IMG/VR virus record: IMGVR_UViG_3300030059_002546
Span: 1-34,460 of that record
Direction: 5' to 3' (one strand)
Source of the DNA: a virus
Lineage: Duplodnaviria > Caudoviricetes
Length of the DNA: 34,460 nt
Position 1 is the stretch's first letter. Each line of letters begins with the position of its first letter. The position numbers and the translations under genes are program-made. Under the pieces are notes generated by a model, which searched no databases, was not told the origin of the DNA, and worked only from the letters and a program-made list of their open reading frames with translations. Below are positions 25,996 to 33,912 of the stretch, piece after piece.

Positions 25996-26884
25996 TGGCA
26001 GCCCTCAAAGCTTTAATTCCATATGTTTCTGTCTGCCTGTGGCAGCCGATGCAGAGAGTCCTGCCGTTGTCGATATTTAAACGAAGCTCTGGGTGTGTAC
26101 TAAACGGCTTGATATGGTCTGCATTTAGTTTTCCGCCAACCTGACCACATATTTGGCACTGATAGCCGTCGCGCTCAAATACTGCAACACGCCAGCTCTT
26201 GTATTCGAAGGAGCCTCTAATAATCATGGCATCAGTAGTTTTTCCGCCTTGCCATCTGTGAGATTTAGCGCCTTTCTGCCGTTTAGCTAATTGCTTGCTT
26301 CTGCAGAAGTCAGAGCAAGTTCTTCTTGCGTTGCCTGCATATTGACGCTCAAAATCACTGCCACAAATAGAGCACTTTGCCTTCTTCTGCATGGGTGGCT
26401 TGCCGTTTACATGCCCAATATGATCATCGCAATAAGTCCTCTTATGAATATCGCGGAAAACCTTACTACAGGTCTTGCAAGTGTTTTTCCGTCCGAGTTT
26501 AGGTCTGGGCTGCTGGGTTGAATTTGAAATTGCTGCGGCAATAGGCGCAATCACTTTAAGCCTTTCAATGTTATCCGGCCTTGAGCCAAGGCAACTTCTG
26601 CTGCAGTATTTTGATTTAGCATTAACCGGCTTGAACTTTTCGCCACAAGTTGGGCAAACCCTCAACTCATCCATAACGCCTTTATAGTTTATGTTGCCGC
26701 TGCCAGACATTCTTTCGGAGTGAGCTTGATTTTGGCATTCTGTAGAACAATACTTAGGTGGCCTTGATGGTCTGTTGCAATGAAAAAAATCATTACTGCA
26801 GTATTTACAACAAGCCACCTTCTGCAGACCTGATCGGAAGGCTTGGTTTTCGTCCACTCTCGCGGCTTGACGGTATTTACCCAT
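25988..26884 (-). CDS. HNH endonuclease with repeated CxxC...YCS..C zinc motifs (homing-type)
   Basis: WRVAVFERDGYQCQICG, ADHIKP, NGRTLCIGCH; AAGGAG RBS before MGKYRQ. Confidence 0.9.
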   Translation of the reverse strand: MGKYRQAARVDENQAFRSGLQKVACCKYCSNDFFHCNRPSRPPKYCSTECQNQAHSERMSGSGNINYKGVMDELRVCPTCGEKFKPVNAKSKYCSRSCLGSRPDNIERLKVIAPIAAAISNSTQQPRPKLGRKNTCKTCSKVFRDIHKRTYCDDHIGHVNGKPPMQKKAKCSICGSDFERQYAGNARRTCSDFCRSKQLAKRQKGAKSHRWQGGKTTDAMIIRGSFEYKSWRVAVFERDGYQCQICGQVGGKLNADHIKPFSTHPELRLNIDNGRTLCIGCHRQTETYGIKALRAANE

Positions 26885-27074
26885 CAACCAACTCCTTAAA
26901 CCTTCCGTCAAAAAACTCGTTTTCAGGCCGAATCCACAAACTGCCGTTATCAACACTTTGATAAACACAAGCTCTAGTTAGGTCGACCTCCATTACAGCA
27001 ATCATCAGCAATTCATATTTACCACCTGATTTTTGATGTAAAAAATATCTTCTGTTTTTTATTGGCTGCTTCAT
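26877..27074 (-). CDS. DUF1653-like small protein
   Basis: HQKSGGKYE...VYQS...LWIRPENEFFDGRF. Confidence 0.75.
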   Translation of the reverse strand: MKQPIKNRRYFLHQKSGGKYELLMIAVMEVDLTRACVYQSVDNGSLWIRPENEFFDGRFKELVDG

Positions 27075-27229
27075 TTACGCTTCCTCATCTCAAACTCATT
27101 AACCACAATTCGTTTAACCCAATTCTTTAAATGCTCTGGCACTTCGTCTAGCAGTTTTTGGCGTTCTTTTTTGGTCTGTGCGGCCAGTACTTTTTCAGCG
27201 TAATAAGCCGCACAGAGACCGTTAATCAT
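27071..27229 (-). CDS. 52-aa helical protein, not in ORF track
   Basis: MINGLCAAYYAEKVLAAQTKKERQKLLDEVPEHLKNWVKRIVVNEFEMRKRK*; ATGA overlap downstream. Confidence 0.65.
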   Translation of the reverse strand: MINGLCAAYYAEKVLAAQTKKERQKLLDEVPEHLKNWVKRIVVNEFEMRKRK

Positions 27230-27233
27230 TTAG

Positions 27234-27500
27234 TTAAAATGTTGCTGGCTGAGCTACTGAGCGAACCAAACACATGTAACCTTTCTGCAAATCGGTTCTA
27301 CCTTCTGCCAGCCAGCGCGATGGGTTCGTTGTAACTGTGTGAGGGTTGTCCACGGTTTCCCGCTGGGAGTTAATATGTTGATCAATTTTATGGATAAGTA
27401 GTCGCACTTCTTCTGCATGAGCCTTAATCTCATTCATCAAATCAATTTCTTCCTGACTTAAGTCGCGGTAGCCGCTAATTTTCGTGTGTTGATCTTTCAT
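27234..27500 (-). CDS. acb2: Anti-CBASS cyclic-nucleotide sponge, Acb2 family
   Basis: MKDQHTKISGYRDLSQEEIDLMNEIK...RWLAEGRTDLQKGYMCLVRSVAQPATF matches recalled Acb2 signature; GGAG RBS. Confidence 0.88.
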   Translation of the reverse strand: MKDQHTKISGYRDLSQEEIDLMNEIKAHAEEVRLLIHKIDQHINSQRETVDNPHTVTTNPSRWLAEGRTDLQKGYMCLVRSVAQPATF

Positions 27501-27673
27501 AACCACATACTCCAACCAAAGACTCGGCATAGTCTCCGGCGCTCTATAAAGATATTCAGACAATGCCGTACCTGTTTGTTGTTCGGGCATTCACTTAACG
27601 CCCTTTCCTGCTCTGCCCTGCTTTGCATCGCAAAAATAGCCTTGGCAATCTCTGCTGGTGCTTGGTCATGCAA
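27497..27673 (-). CDS. 58-aa helical protein (TTG start), likely homolog of 27071-27229
   Basis: MHDQAPAEIAKAIFAMQSRAEQERALSECPNNKQVRHCLNIF...; ATGA overlap with acb2. Confidence 0.5.
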   Translation of the reverse strand: MHDQAPAEIAKAIFAMQSRAEQERALSECPNNKQVRHCLNIFIERRRLCRVFGWSMWL

Positions 27674-27953
27674 CCTTCAAAACCCCTTCGTTAAATCGTC
27701 TGATATTCGTTAGCATGATGAAGTGGAGGAACATTTCTGAACGCTCAGCCTTGTTGTGATAGATGTTTACGCCTTCACTGAACAGTTGATCGCACACGTA
27801 ACAAAACTCTGCTGTTGCCATGTCACTGCATTTCTGACCTCTACCCTTTCCGTACCAGTGCTGCATTTCACCGTTGTAATGGCATGAGTAAGCGTCAGGT
27901 GAGCCGCATCTGATGCAGGTTGTGCCTTTGGATTTTTGCGTTAACTTGCTCAT
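27666..27953 (-). CDS. YbcO/DUF1364-like zinc-binding nuclease
   Basis: MSKLTQKSKGTTCIRC, CHY, GKGRGQKCSD, CYVCD. Confidence 0.7.
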   Translation of the reverse strand: MSKLTQKSKGTTCIRCGSPDAYSCHYNGEMQHWYGKGRGQKCSDMATAEFCYVCDQLFSEGVNIYHNKAERSEMFLHFIMLTNIRRFNEGVLKVA

Positions 27954-28561
27954 AAATCACCCCATTGAGTAGCCATTGCATTTGCTATCCCCGGAAAGAA
28001 TCTTGCCCGCTCTTTGCCTCTATCCTTACTTGGTGACATATAAAAAACCCGCTCCCGCTCATGTTTTGGCAATGTCATCATGTGTTCGTAAACATCATCT
28101 GTTCCGGTTAATCGTGGCAACCCCTTTAATGCAAATCCTGTTTTTTTCTGCTCTGGATGCCCAAACTCGTAGGGTTGAACATATTGAATGTCAGCACCTC
28201 TCTGGCTTCTCAGTATTGGGAATAAAACGCTTGCCGGGTTTTCCATTGATACACGCTCAGAATGCTCGCAAGCCACGCCCCATACCTTTAATGCAAAATC
28301 TATTGCATCAAGCCTTTCCTGATGCTTCGCTTTGCCTTCTCCATAGGTTCCGTTACCACATACGCCCATTGCGGTGCATGGAATATGGATAATTATTAAG
28401 TCCCATTTGCGCGACCTGATAGCCTCTATGCAGTCACCCTGGATATGTTTTGATGGGTCACCCTCTGTTTCAAGAATGTCATTTGAATATGCGTTATGGC
28501 CTGCAGCAATAAACGCTTGAGTTACGACTTGAGAGTATTCGCAAGCAACTAGAACGTTCAT
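27950..28561 (-). CDS. Short DNA cytosine methyltransferase-like protein
   Basis: MNVLVACEYS, D...GD, DLIIIHIPCT (PC motif), ENP, KKT. Confidence 0.75.
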   Translation of the reverse strand: MNVLVACEYSQVVTQAFIAAGHNAYSNDILETEGDPSKHIQGDCIEAIRSRKWDLIIIHIPCTAMGVCGNGTYGEGKAKHQERLDAIDFALKVWGVACEHSERVSMENPASVLFPILRSQRGADIQYVQPYEFGHPEQKKTGFALKGLPRLTGTDDVYEHMMTLPKHERERVFYMSPSKDRGKERARFFPGIANAMATQWGDL

Positions 28562-28953
28562 GCTGCATACCTCGCTGATGGCAGACTTATTCCAGCCTCA
28601 GCCGCCAATCGGTAACAGGTTTCGATTAGCTCGCTGTACTCTTGTTTTTTGAGGGTTTCGCTTGACTTGACGACCTCGATTTCACGGCCTGCCAGATTTA
28701 CGAATGTCGTACCCATCAGCTCAAACTTGCACAGCTCTTTAATCTCACCTTTTGTGTAACCGGTCTCGTCCGCAAATATGCCGCACAGGGTATGGAAGAA
28801 AGCGCGCTGCTCTGCCGTCTTATCTTCAACGTAATCCTGAACCGTGATGCGATACTTCTTATCAGCCGGTAAAGATTTAAGGCACTCGTAAAGACCAACT
28901 TTTATTTTGTCGCGTCTCTGGTCATCCAGGAATATGAAGGTGCGGGAGAGCAT
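28558..28953 (-). CDS. NinB/YbcN-like recombination protein
   Basis: KTAEQRAFFH, SSETLKKQEYSELIE, AAEAGI. Confidence 0.8.
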   Translation of the reverse strand: MLSRTFIFLDDQRRDKIKVGLYECLKSLPADKKYRITVQDYVEDKTAEQRAFFHTLCGIFADETGYTKGEIKELCKFELMGTTFVNLAGREIEVVKSSETLKKQEYSELIETCYRLAAEAGISLPSARYAA

Positions 28954-29543
28954 TAGGCGGCTCTCGCTGTGGTCTTTTCACGGACTCGGTTAATCAATCG
29001 TCCGTAGGTAATAGCCACTGGCTTAACTGCGTCTGGAACGTTTCTCAGGCCACGTTTATTTAAAATCGCGTGCTCTGCCCTGCTTATCATTTGCAGGTTT
29101 TCTATCTGCCAGTTAAGCGGATTTCCATCAACGAAAATGACAATATGGCCTTTCGGTATTGGTCCGTGATGCTTTTCCCATTCAACGCGGTGCTTGCCGC
29201 ACCACTTTCTTGGCTCTGCAATCTTGACTTCCAGCCATCCATCTTTTGAGATCCGCTCGGAACCTACCGGACGATGATTAACTGGAGTATTGCCTTTTTT
29301 GAATGTGGTTTTATTTGGCCCCTTACAACCAGCCAACGGACTAGGAATATTGCCCTTCTTAAAGCAGCCTGTCCTACCTGTCATCCAGCCTTTTCGTTTG
29401 CAAAGTGCGTTAATGTTTTTAATGTCATGGCTTGCATTAAACTTAGCGTTTACAGCGTCGGTTAATTCCCTGCGAACCATTGTCCGATTCGCATAGATGA
29501 AATCTAACTCAGCCTGGCCGTATTTAATTTGCCGGCCTTTCAT
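28953..29543 (-). CDS. HNH endonuclease (HNH_3-like)
   Basis: FKKGN repeats, HRVEWEKHHGPIPKGHIVIFVDGN...NL...RAEH. Confidence 0.88.
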   Translation of the reverse strand: MKGRQIKYGQAELDFIYANRTMVRRELTDAVNAKFNASHDIKNINALCKRKGWMTGRTGCFKKGNIPSPLAGCKGPNKTTFKKGNTPVNHRPVGSERISKDGWLEVKIAEPRKWCGKHRVEWEKHHGPIPKGHIVIFVDGNPLNWQIENLQMISRAEHAILNKRGLRNVPDAVKPVAITYGRLINRVREKTTARAA

Positions 29544-29764
29544 ATCTGATCCAGCATTTTTGGCAGTGGTGATTTAATGCCGTATTCAAGCTGCAATTCA
29601 TGCGCTTGTATGGCAATTTTTGCGTTGTCGATAATCTGCCCGCTAACCGAAACAATGCTTTTGCTTCGCTCTATCTCTTCGCGTAAGGCATCACCTTTCA
29701 AGCTTTCACTACCAAGCCGATCAAGTTGTGCAAATAAGCTGCTGTTTAATGTTGATAAATTCAT
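29540..29764 (-). CDS. Conserved hypothetical phage protein
   Basis: LNSSLFAQLDRL...EEIERSKSI...QIIDNA; GGAG RBS. Confidence 0.7.
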   Translation of the reverse strand: MNLSTLNSSLFAQLDRLGSESLKGDALREEIERSKSIVSVSGQIIDNAKIAIQAHELQLEYGIKSPLPKMLDQI

Positions 29765-29809
29765 AATGTGCTCCAAATCATCTGTGATACTGGATCTTTT
29801 GTTCTGGTG

Positions 29810-30610
29810 TTAGTTGTGATCATACTGCTGCTCCTGATAGCGGTTTCTGGCTTCAAGCAGTAATCTTTCTTGCTCTGCCAGTTCATCACGGCGTTTTTGT
29901 TCGTCCTGCTTTTGCTGCTCAACTTTGTTCACGCGTGGCTCAGGCGTGGATGACGCGAGCGCTTCGCGTAGTTTTTTAAAACCTGCTTTTGATTCGTTGG
30001 TGATAGGTGCTTCAAACGTGCCGTCATAACCAACCAGTGCAGCTATGTGCTGACCATCACCTGTTGGCTCTGGCGATGGAAGTAATCCAGTAACGCGACT
30101 TTGTGAGATAAGCCCTTTTTGCTGAGCCACTTCCAATGCTGTTTTTTTCTGAGCCTGATCGTGTCCGAGTGAAACTGTCCAGCGGATTGGCTGTCCAGTC
30201 ATGCGGGAGTGCTCAATTTGTCTTTGGTAGTGCTGACGGAAAGCCATGCGAGCGCCTATTTCATCGCCTGATTCAAATACGGGCTGGCAGTGATACCAGG
30301 CCTGTGCAATTTCCTCAGTCCATACGGCCGTTGTGTTTTCATCAGCGCCTTGCAGGGCAATAGGCCAAGCTTCGTCTGCTGATGGTCTGCCGTCTTGCTG
30401 GTTGATGATTTCGATTATGTCTGCTGGCTTTGGTGCAAAATGGCTTTTTGCCACATGAACCTTGAATGCTCGCTTTACCTGCTCAATACTGTAAGGCGAT
30501 AAGATATTCATCCAGAACTCAACCACCGAGGGTTCAGGTGGGTGCTTGTCAAAAATTGCCAGCGCCTCGCACAAGGCAATATCAAATTCTTTCAAGTTTT
30601 GGGCTATCAC
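29810..30610 (-). CDS. Replication protein P-like / helicase loader (DUF6475-like)
   Basis: Follows initiator; FAPKPADII, GRPSADEAW, GARMAFRQHY, SLGHD. Confidence 0.75.
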   Translation of the reverse strand: MIAQNLKEFDIALCEALAIFDKHPPEPSVVEFWMNILSPYSIEQVKRAFKVHVAKSHFAPKPADIIEIINQQDGRPSADEAWPIALQGADENTTAVWTEEIAQAWYHCQPVFESGDEIGARMAFRQHYQRQIEHSRMTGQPIRWTVSLGHDQAQKKTALEVAQQKGLISQSRVTGLLPSPEPTGDGQHIAALVGYDGTFEAPITNESKAGFKKLREALASSTPEPRVNKVEQQKQDEQKRRDELAEQERLLLEARNRYQEQQYDHN

Positions 30611-31347
30611 GATAATCGCTCCCCTGGTACTTCACGTTGATAATTGAGCTCACCAGGACGGCGAGCGGTTTTTGAGTTGCCGCGGTTAAATTGCTTTTGG
30701 CGTTTATGCCAATTTCTTGCTGCGGCCTGCCAGTTCTTCATTTTGTTTTTACCCACCATCCAGCCGTTTGATTCGTAGTAATCAAAATAGCCATCAAGGT
30801 TTAAATTTTGCTCGTAGGCTAGGGCTTCGATTTCACTTTCAGTTGGCGGCATGAATTTCTTCGCGGGCGCCTTCTCTTTAACTGGTGGTTCTATGGTGGT
30901 TAAAAGAACTGATGGTTCTGTGTCCCGTTTTTGGGACTCTTTAACAGTCCCGTTTTCGGGATCGTTAGGAGGAAAAAACGGTACTGTTCCGTTTTCGGTA
31001 CTGTTCCGTTTTTGGGACTCTTTCATTGGTTGTTTTTTTGCTTTATCTAAGTGTCCCGTTTTTGGTACTCTTTCATTGGAGGGTTTAAGTTGTAACTTCC
31101 AGACTTTCACTTGTCCCGTTTTACCTCTCACCATGCCGGTGTCAGTGATAAGTCCAAGCAATGAAAGCTCTTTGAGCGCTGATATGATTGTCTTGCGATT
31201 AAGGGATGTTTTAGCTGTGATCGTTTCAATTGTTGGGTAGGCTTCACCCGCCTCATTTGCGTAGTCAGCAAGGGCAACAAGCACGAACTTGGTGGCTGCT
31301 TTTTGAATGCCAGCCTTAAACGCTAAATTTAATTGCTCAATACTCAT
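30607..31347 (-). CDS. Replication initiator (O-like, N-terminal winged HTH)
   Basis: KFVLVALADYAN...YPTIETI; internal iterons; C-terminal FDYYESNGW..GKNKMKNWQAAARNW. Confidence 0.88.
   Translation of the reverse strand: MSIEQLNLAFKAGIQKAATKFVLVALADYANEAGEAYPTIETITAKTSLNRKTIISALKELSLLGLITDTGMVRGKTGQVKVWKLQLKPSNERVPKTGHLDKAKKQPMKESQKRNSTENGTVPFFPPNDPENGTVKESQKRDTEPSVLLTTIEPPVKEKAPAKKFMPPTESEIEALAYEQNLNLDGYFDYYESNGWMVGKNKMKNWQAAARNWHKRQKQFNRGNSKTARRPGELNYQREVPGERLS
30921..31122. repeat. Iterons / probable replication origin inside initiator gene
   Basis: Six copies of GT(C/T)CCGTTTT near 30921, 30947, 30985, 31002, 31052 and 31112; three extend to GG(G/T)ACTCTTT. Confidence 0.85.
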
Positions 31348-31377
31348 GAGCTTAAATTCTTTAATGAGGTGGAATGG

Positions 31378-31725
31378 ATGTACCTATCAGAAGATAACGA
31401 AGAAACAGCTAAATACGTCATAACTATAAAAATTAGTGATGAAACGCCCCTGACTAATTGGCGGGAAATAAAGAAAGCGATCGAGAAAATTAGCGATGAA
31501 CGATGTAAGCAATTCATGACCTCATCAGACGGCCGATGCGCTGCTTTTTTTGTTGTGTCAAATCTGGTTGCCAGAGGTATACGCTCAGTACTTAACGGCG
31601 ATACAGGGATGATTCGGCTATCCCCTTTACTAGCGGGTGATAGCATATTCGTCGCTGAAATTGATGATGAGAACTGGACAGCCATGGGGTTTAGCACCGG
31701 GTGGAGCTGGTTGCAGCACCAGTGA
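31378..31725 (+). CDS. Inverted gene; possible ferredoxin-like Cas2/VapD-type fold
   Basis: GAGGTG RBS; KYVITIKIS...WREIKKAIE...FFVVSNL.A..IR...DSIFVAEI...WL pattern. Confidence 0.6.
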   Translation: MYLSEDNEETAKYVITIKISDETPLTNWREIKKAIEKISDERCKQFMTSSDGRCAAFFVVSNLVARGIRSVLNGDTGMIRLSPLLAGDSIFVAEIDDENWTAMGFSTGWSWLQHQ

Positions 31726-31924
31726 TTTTGAAATAACGACGGACAGCGGCCTTTCTCCCGTATACATCGCTGTATGGCTGGAAGTCGTTTTCTCCAAAAA
31801 TCTCATACACCTCACGAAGCCTGAGAAAGTGCTGACGCTTGGAGACCGGAGACCAGATCCACTTAATGATATTAGGGATAAGGTTGAATGTTTTTGAGGT
31901 TATGATTGTGTCGATTAGGTTCAT
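31691..31924 (-). CDS. Hypothetical protein after cII
   Basis: Starts 1 nt after cII stop, GAGG RBS. Confidence 0.5.
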   Translation of the reverse strand: MNLIDTIITSKTFNLIPNIIKWIWSPVSKRQHFLRLREVYEIFGENDFQPYSDVYGRKAAVRRYFKITGAATSSTRC

Positions 31925-31925
31925 A

Positions 31926-32378
31926 TCAAACAGCCCTCACCAACTTGCCAGCTTCCTGCTGATGAATAGCCAGCTTTAAATGCTCACAGGCTTTTTCAAT
32001 TCGATTTAACTGGCTAATGCAGTCGGATTTCTCTCGTTCTGTGTATTTGTTATCAGCTTCGGCCTCACTAATGATATGAGCCATTGAGCCTAATTCGCTG
32101 GTGATATGTAGCAGTGATTCAGTTACGCCCCGCTCAGTTGCTCCAGCGCGCTTTTCAGCCAGCCGCATAGCATTGTTAATGCGGTAGTCGTCTGCAATGT
32201 TTTGCAGGTTGAGTAACTGATCAGGTGAAAAGTAGGAGTTTTCAGAAGTTGGGCAAGCTTTATTACGCATGACCTGCTCACTCATACCCATTAATGCGGA
32301 TAGCTCACGGAATGCACCGTTTTTGCCGTCCTTGTATTCGTGTGCTGTGCTCCAGATGGCTAACTTAACTTGATTCAT
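31926..32378 (-). CDS. CII-like regulatory protein (CP76-type)
   Basis: AGGAG RBS; LSALMGMSEQVMRNKACP HTH; ELG...D.KYTERE; follows cro. Confidence 0.75.
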   Translation of the reverse strand: MNQVKLAIWSTAHEYKDGKNGAFRELSALMGMSEQVMRNKACPTSENSYFSPDQLLNLQNIADDYRINNAMRLAEKRAGATERGVTESLLHITSELGSMAHIISEAEADNKYTEREKSDCISQLNRIEKACEHLKLAIHQQEAGKLVRAV

Positions 32379-32473
32379 TGTTTGAACTCCTGGAACTTAA
32401 ATATATTTTTCTTGCCATGGCTCGGTTAATCTGGAGTCATGGATAAATCAGCTTTCAAAAACGTATCAGGCAC

Positions 32474-32499
32474 AAAAAAAGCCCACCCGAAGGTGAGCT
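32474..32499 (-). terminator. tR1-like terminator after cro
   Basis: AGCTCACC-TTCG-GGTGGGCT-TTTTTT. Confidence 0.8.
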
Positions 32500-32500
32500 G

Positions 32501-32695
32501 TTATGCGGCTGATTTATTAGTGCTAAGGAAGTCATGTAGGCGCTGGATTTTTTGCACGCCAGGTTCCTTGATGATTCCATCACGAACCTTGCGAACCCAT
32601 CTCCCGGTTACACCAATATTGGAAGCCACGAACTCCGGCGATAAATCGCTGGCGTTAAGTAACTTCAATGTCTGTTCATATAAGTTTTTATTCAT
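32501..32695 (-). CDS. Cro-like HTH regulator
   Basis: VASNIGVTGRWVRKV...IKEPGVQKIQRLHDFL; divergent from cI. Confidence 0.8.
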   Translation of the reverse strand: MNKNLYEQTLKLLNASDLSPEFVASNIGVTGRWVRKVRDGIIKEPGVQKIQRLHDFLSTNKSAA

Positions 32696-32701
32696 GGGTG
32701 A

Positions 32702-32762
32702 ATTATGAACAGTTGTTCCGCAACCTGTCAAGAACAATCGTTCAAATTAGGAACAAAATTTC
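32702..32762. promoter_or_regulatory. OR operators and pR promoter
   Basis: GAACAGTTGTTC 32707, GAACAATCGTTC 32732, weak GAACAAAATTTC 32751; minus-strand TTGACA (32726-32731)-N18-CATAAT (32702-32707). Confidence 0.85.
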
Positions 32763-32788
32763 CCGACGTTTTGTATAAAGTACATGAT

Positions 32789-33157
32789 ATGCAAAACAAA
32801 CCATCTACCCAGGAAACCCTCGTTAATAACCTGAAAAGGTTAATGGATATGTGCGAGTGGGAAATAAAGGACTTGGAAAAGAAAAGCGGCGTTACCGCGA
32901 GAATGATACGTTACATACTCAGCGGTGAGCGTTGCCCTTCAATTGAGATCGCAGACAAGCTGGCTGCAGCTTTCAACTTAACTGGTTGGCAATTGATTAT
33001 GCCTCAGCTTATGGGTGATATTAAGCAAATGCGCCACATTGAAGCCTTAATTGATAACTGGAATAAAGCCGATCCTGACGGAAAGGCTTTTATAGAAGAT
33101 GCCGCTAAGCGCGAAGCCACCCGCAAAGTTTCAAACGGCGATAGTCACGCACATTAA
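32789..33157 (+). CDS. CI-like XRE repressor without S24 peptidase domain
   Basis: LEKKSGVTARMIRYILSGERCPSIEIADKLAAAF HTH; 122 aa from MQNKP. Confidence 0.85.
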   Translation: MQNKPSTQETLVNNLKRLMDMCEWEIKDLEKKSGVTARMIRYILSGERCPSIEIADKLAAAFNLTGWQLIMPQLMGDIKQMRHIEALIDNWNKADPDGKAFIEDAAKREATRKVSNGDSHAH

Positions 33158-33306
33158 TGATTATATCTACTGCGTGGCATACACCCGTTACGCGTATATG
33201 GTGCAAAATACACAAACATAAATGGCGGTTATTGCACCTTAACGCTGAAGGTGAGCAGGTTTTTAATTGTGAAGCCTGTAAGTCTATATCTGTAAAATTA
33301 ATTTAA
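33157..33306 (+). CDS. 49-aa Cys/His protein coupled to cI, not in ORF track
   Basis: TAATG overlap; MIISTAWHTPVTRIWCKIHKHKWRLLHLNAEGEQVFNCEACKSISVKLI*. Confidence 0.5.
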   Translation: MIISTAWHTPVTRIWCKIHKHKWRLLHLNAEGEQVFNCEACKSISVKLI

Positions 33307-33912
33307 ACCATTGCTAGATTTATAGCTGTCAACAGCCTCAAGCAGTGCCGCTACTTCAGCAGCGAAGAACATTCTATTTTCATCCGATCCCGTTCTAGCT
33401 TTAAGCTTGTATTCCCATGTAGCTCTATCGGCAACGGTTGTATAAGTTGAAGCTATGCGCTCAAGCAGATTCCTATCAACGCTCCAGGCTACATCCTCTC
33501 TTAGGGTGCAGCCATATTCACTTATGTAGCTGCAAGATATAACATCGCTTGATATCTTAAGAAGCGGTTTAGACTTTAAATCGCCGCTGGATAAATAGTT
33601 TACCTGGTAAAAATTTGACCAATCTTTCATGTAAATAACATCATATACCTGGTATGTCGTCCTACCTGTAGATTTATCTATGTATGCCCTCAAAAAGTTA
33701 TCATTCCATACCTCACCGCTAGTATTAAACGATCTAAAGCCATATAAGGTATTAATCTCCGCCTTATCTTCAAGCGGGCCATCCTTAACCGTTATTTTCT
33801 CACTGAAACCCTCCTTGCTTAAATCTTGAGGTGGGGATTGAGTTGCTTGCTCATATGAGTACGGAGTGCAGCCTGCAATCATAATGGCAGTAATCAAGAC
33901 GAACATTCTCAT
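33298..33912 (-). CDS. Lipoprotein moron in immunity region
   Basis: Lipobox IAGC after hydrophobic core; AAGGA RBS; AT-rich. Confidence 0.8.
   Translation of the reverse strand: MRMFVLITAIMIAGCTPYSYEQATQSPPQDLSKEGFSEKITVKDGPLEDKAEINTLYGFRSFNTSGEVWNDNFLRAYIDKSTGRTTYQVYDVIYMKDWSNFYQVNYLSSGDLKSKPLLKISSDVISCSYISEYGCTLREDVAWSVDRNLLERIASTYTTVADRATWEYKLKARTGSDENRMFFAAEVAALLEAVDSYKSSNGLN

Noticed and set aside
27501-27590. N-terminal extensions given by the ORF track (acb2, also terL, Rz, HNH, cro, cI)
   Set aside because: Downstream starts have better RBS or coupling and match family N-termini
30921-31122. CRISPR-like array next to a Cas2-like gene
   Set aside because: Repeats are short, irregularly spaced and in frame inside the initiator gene, typical of iterons; no cas operon
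32439-32708. 89-aa plus-strand ORF antisense to cro
   Set aside because: Has a GGAG before ATG but runs through tR1 and cro with no recognisable motif; more likely a by-product of a pRE-like region
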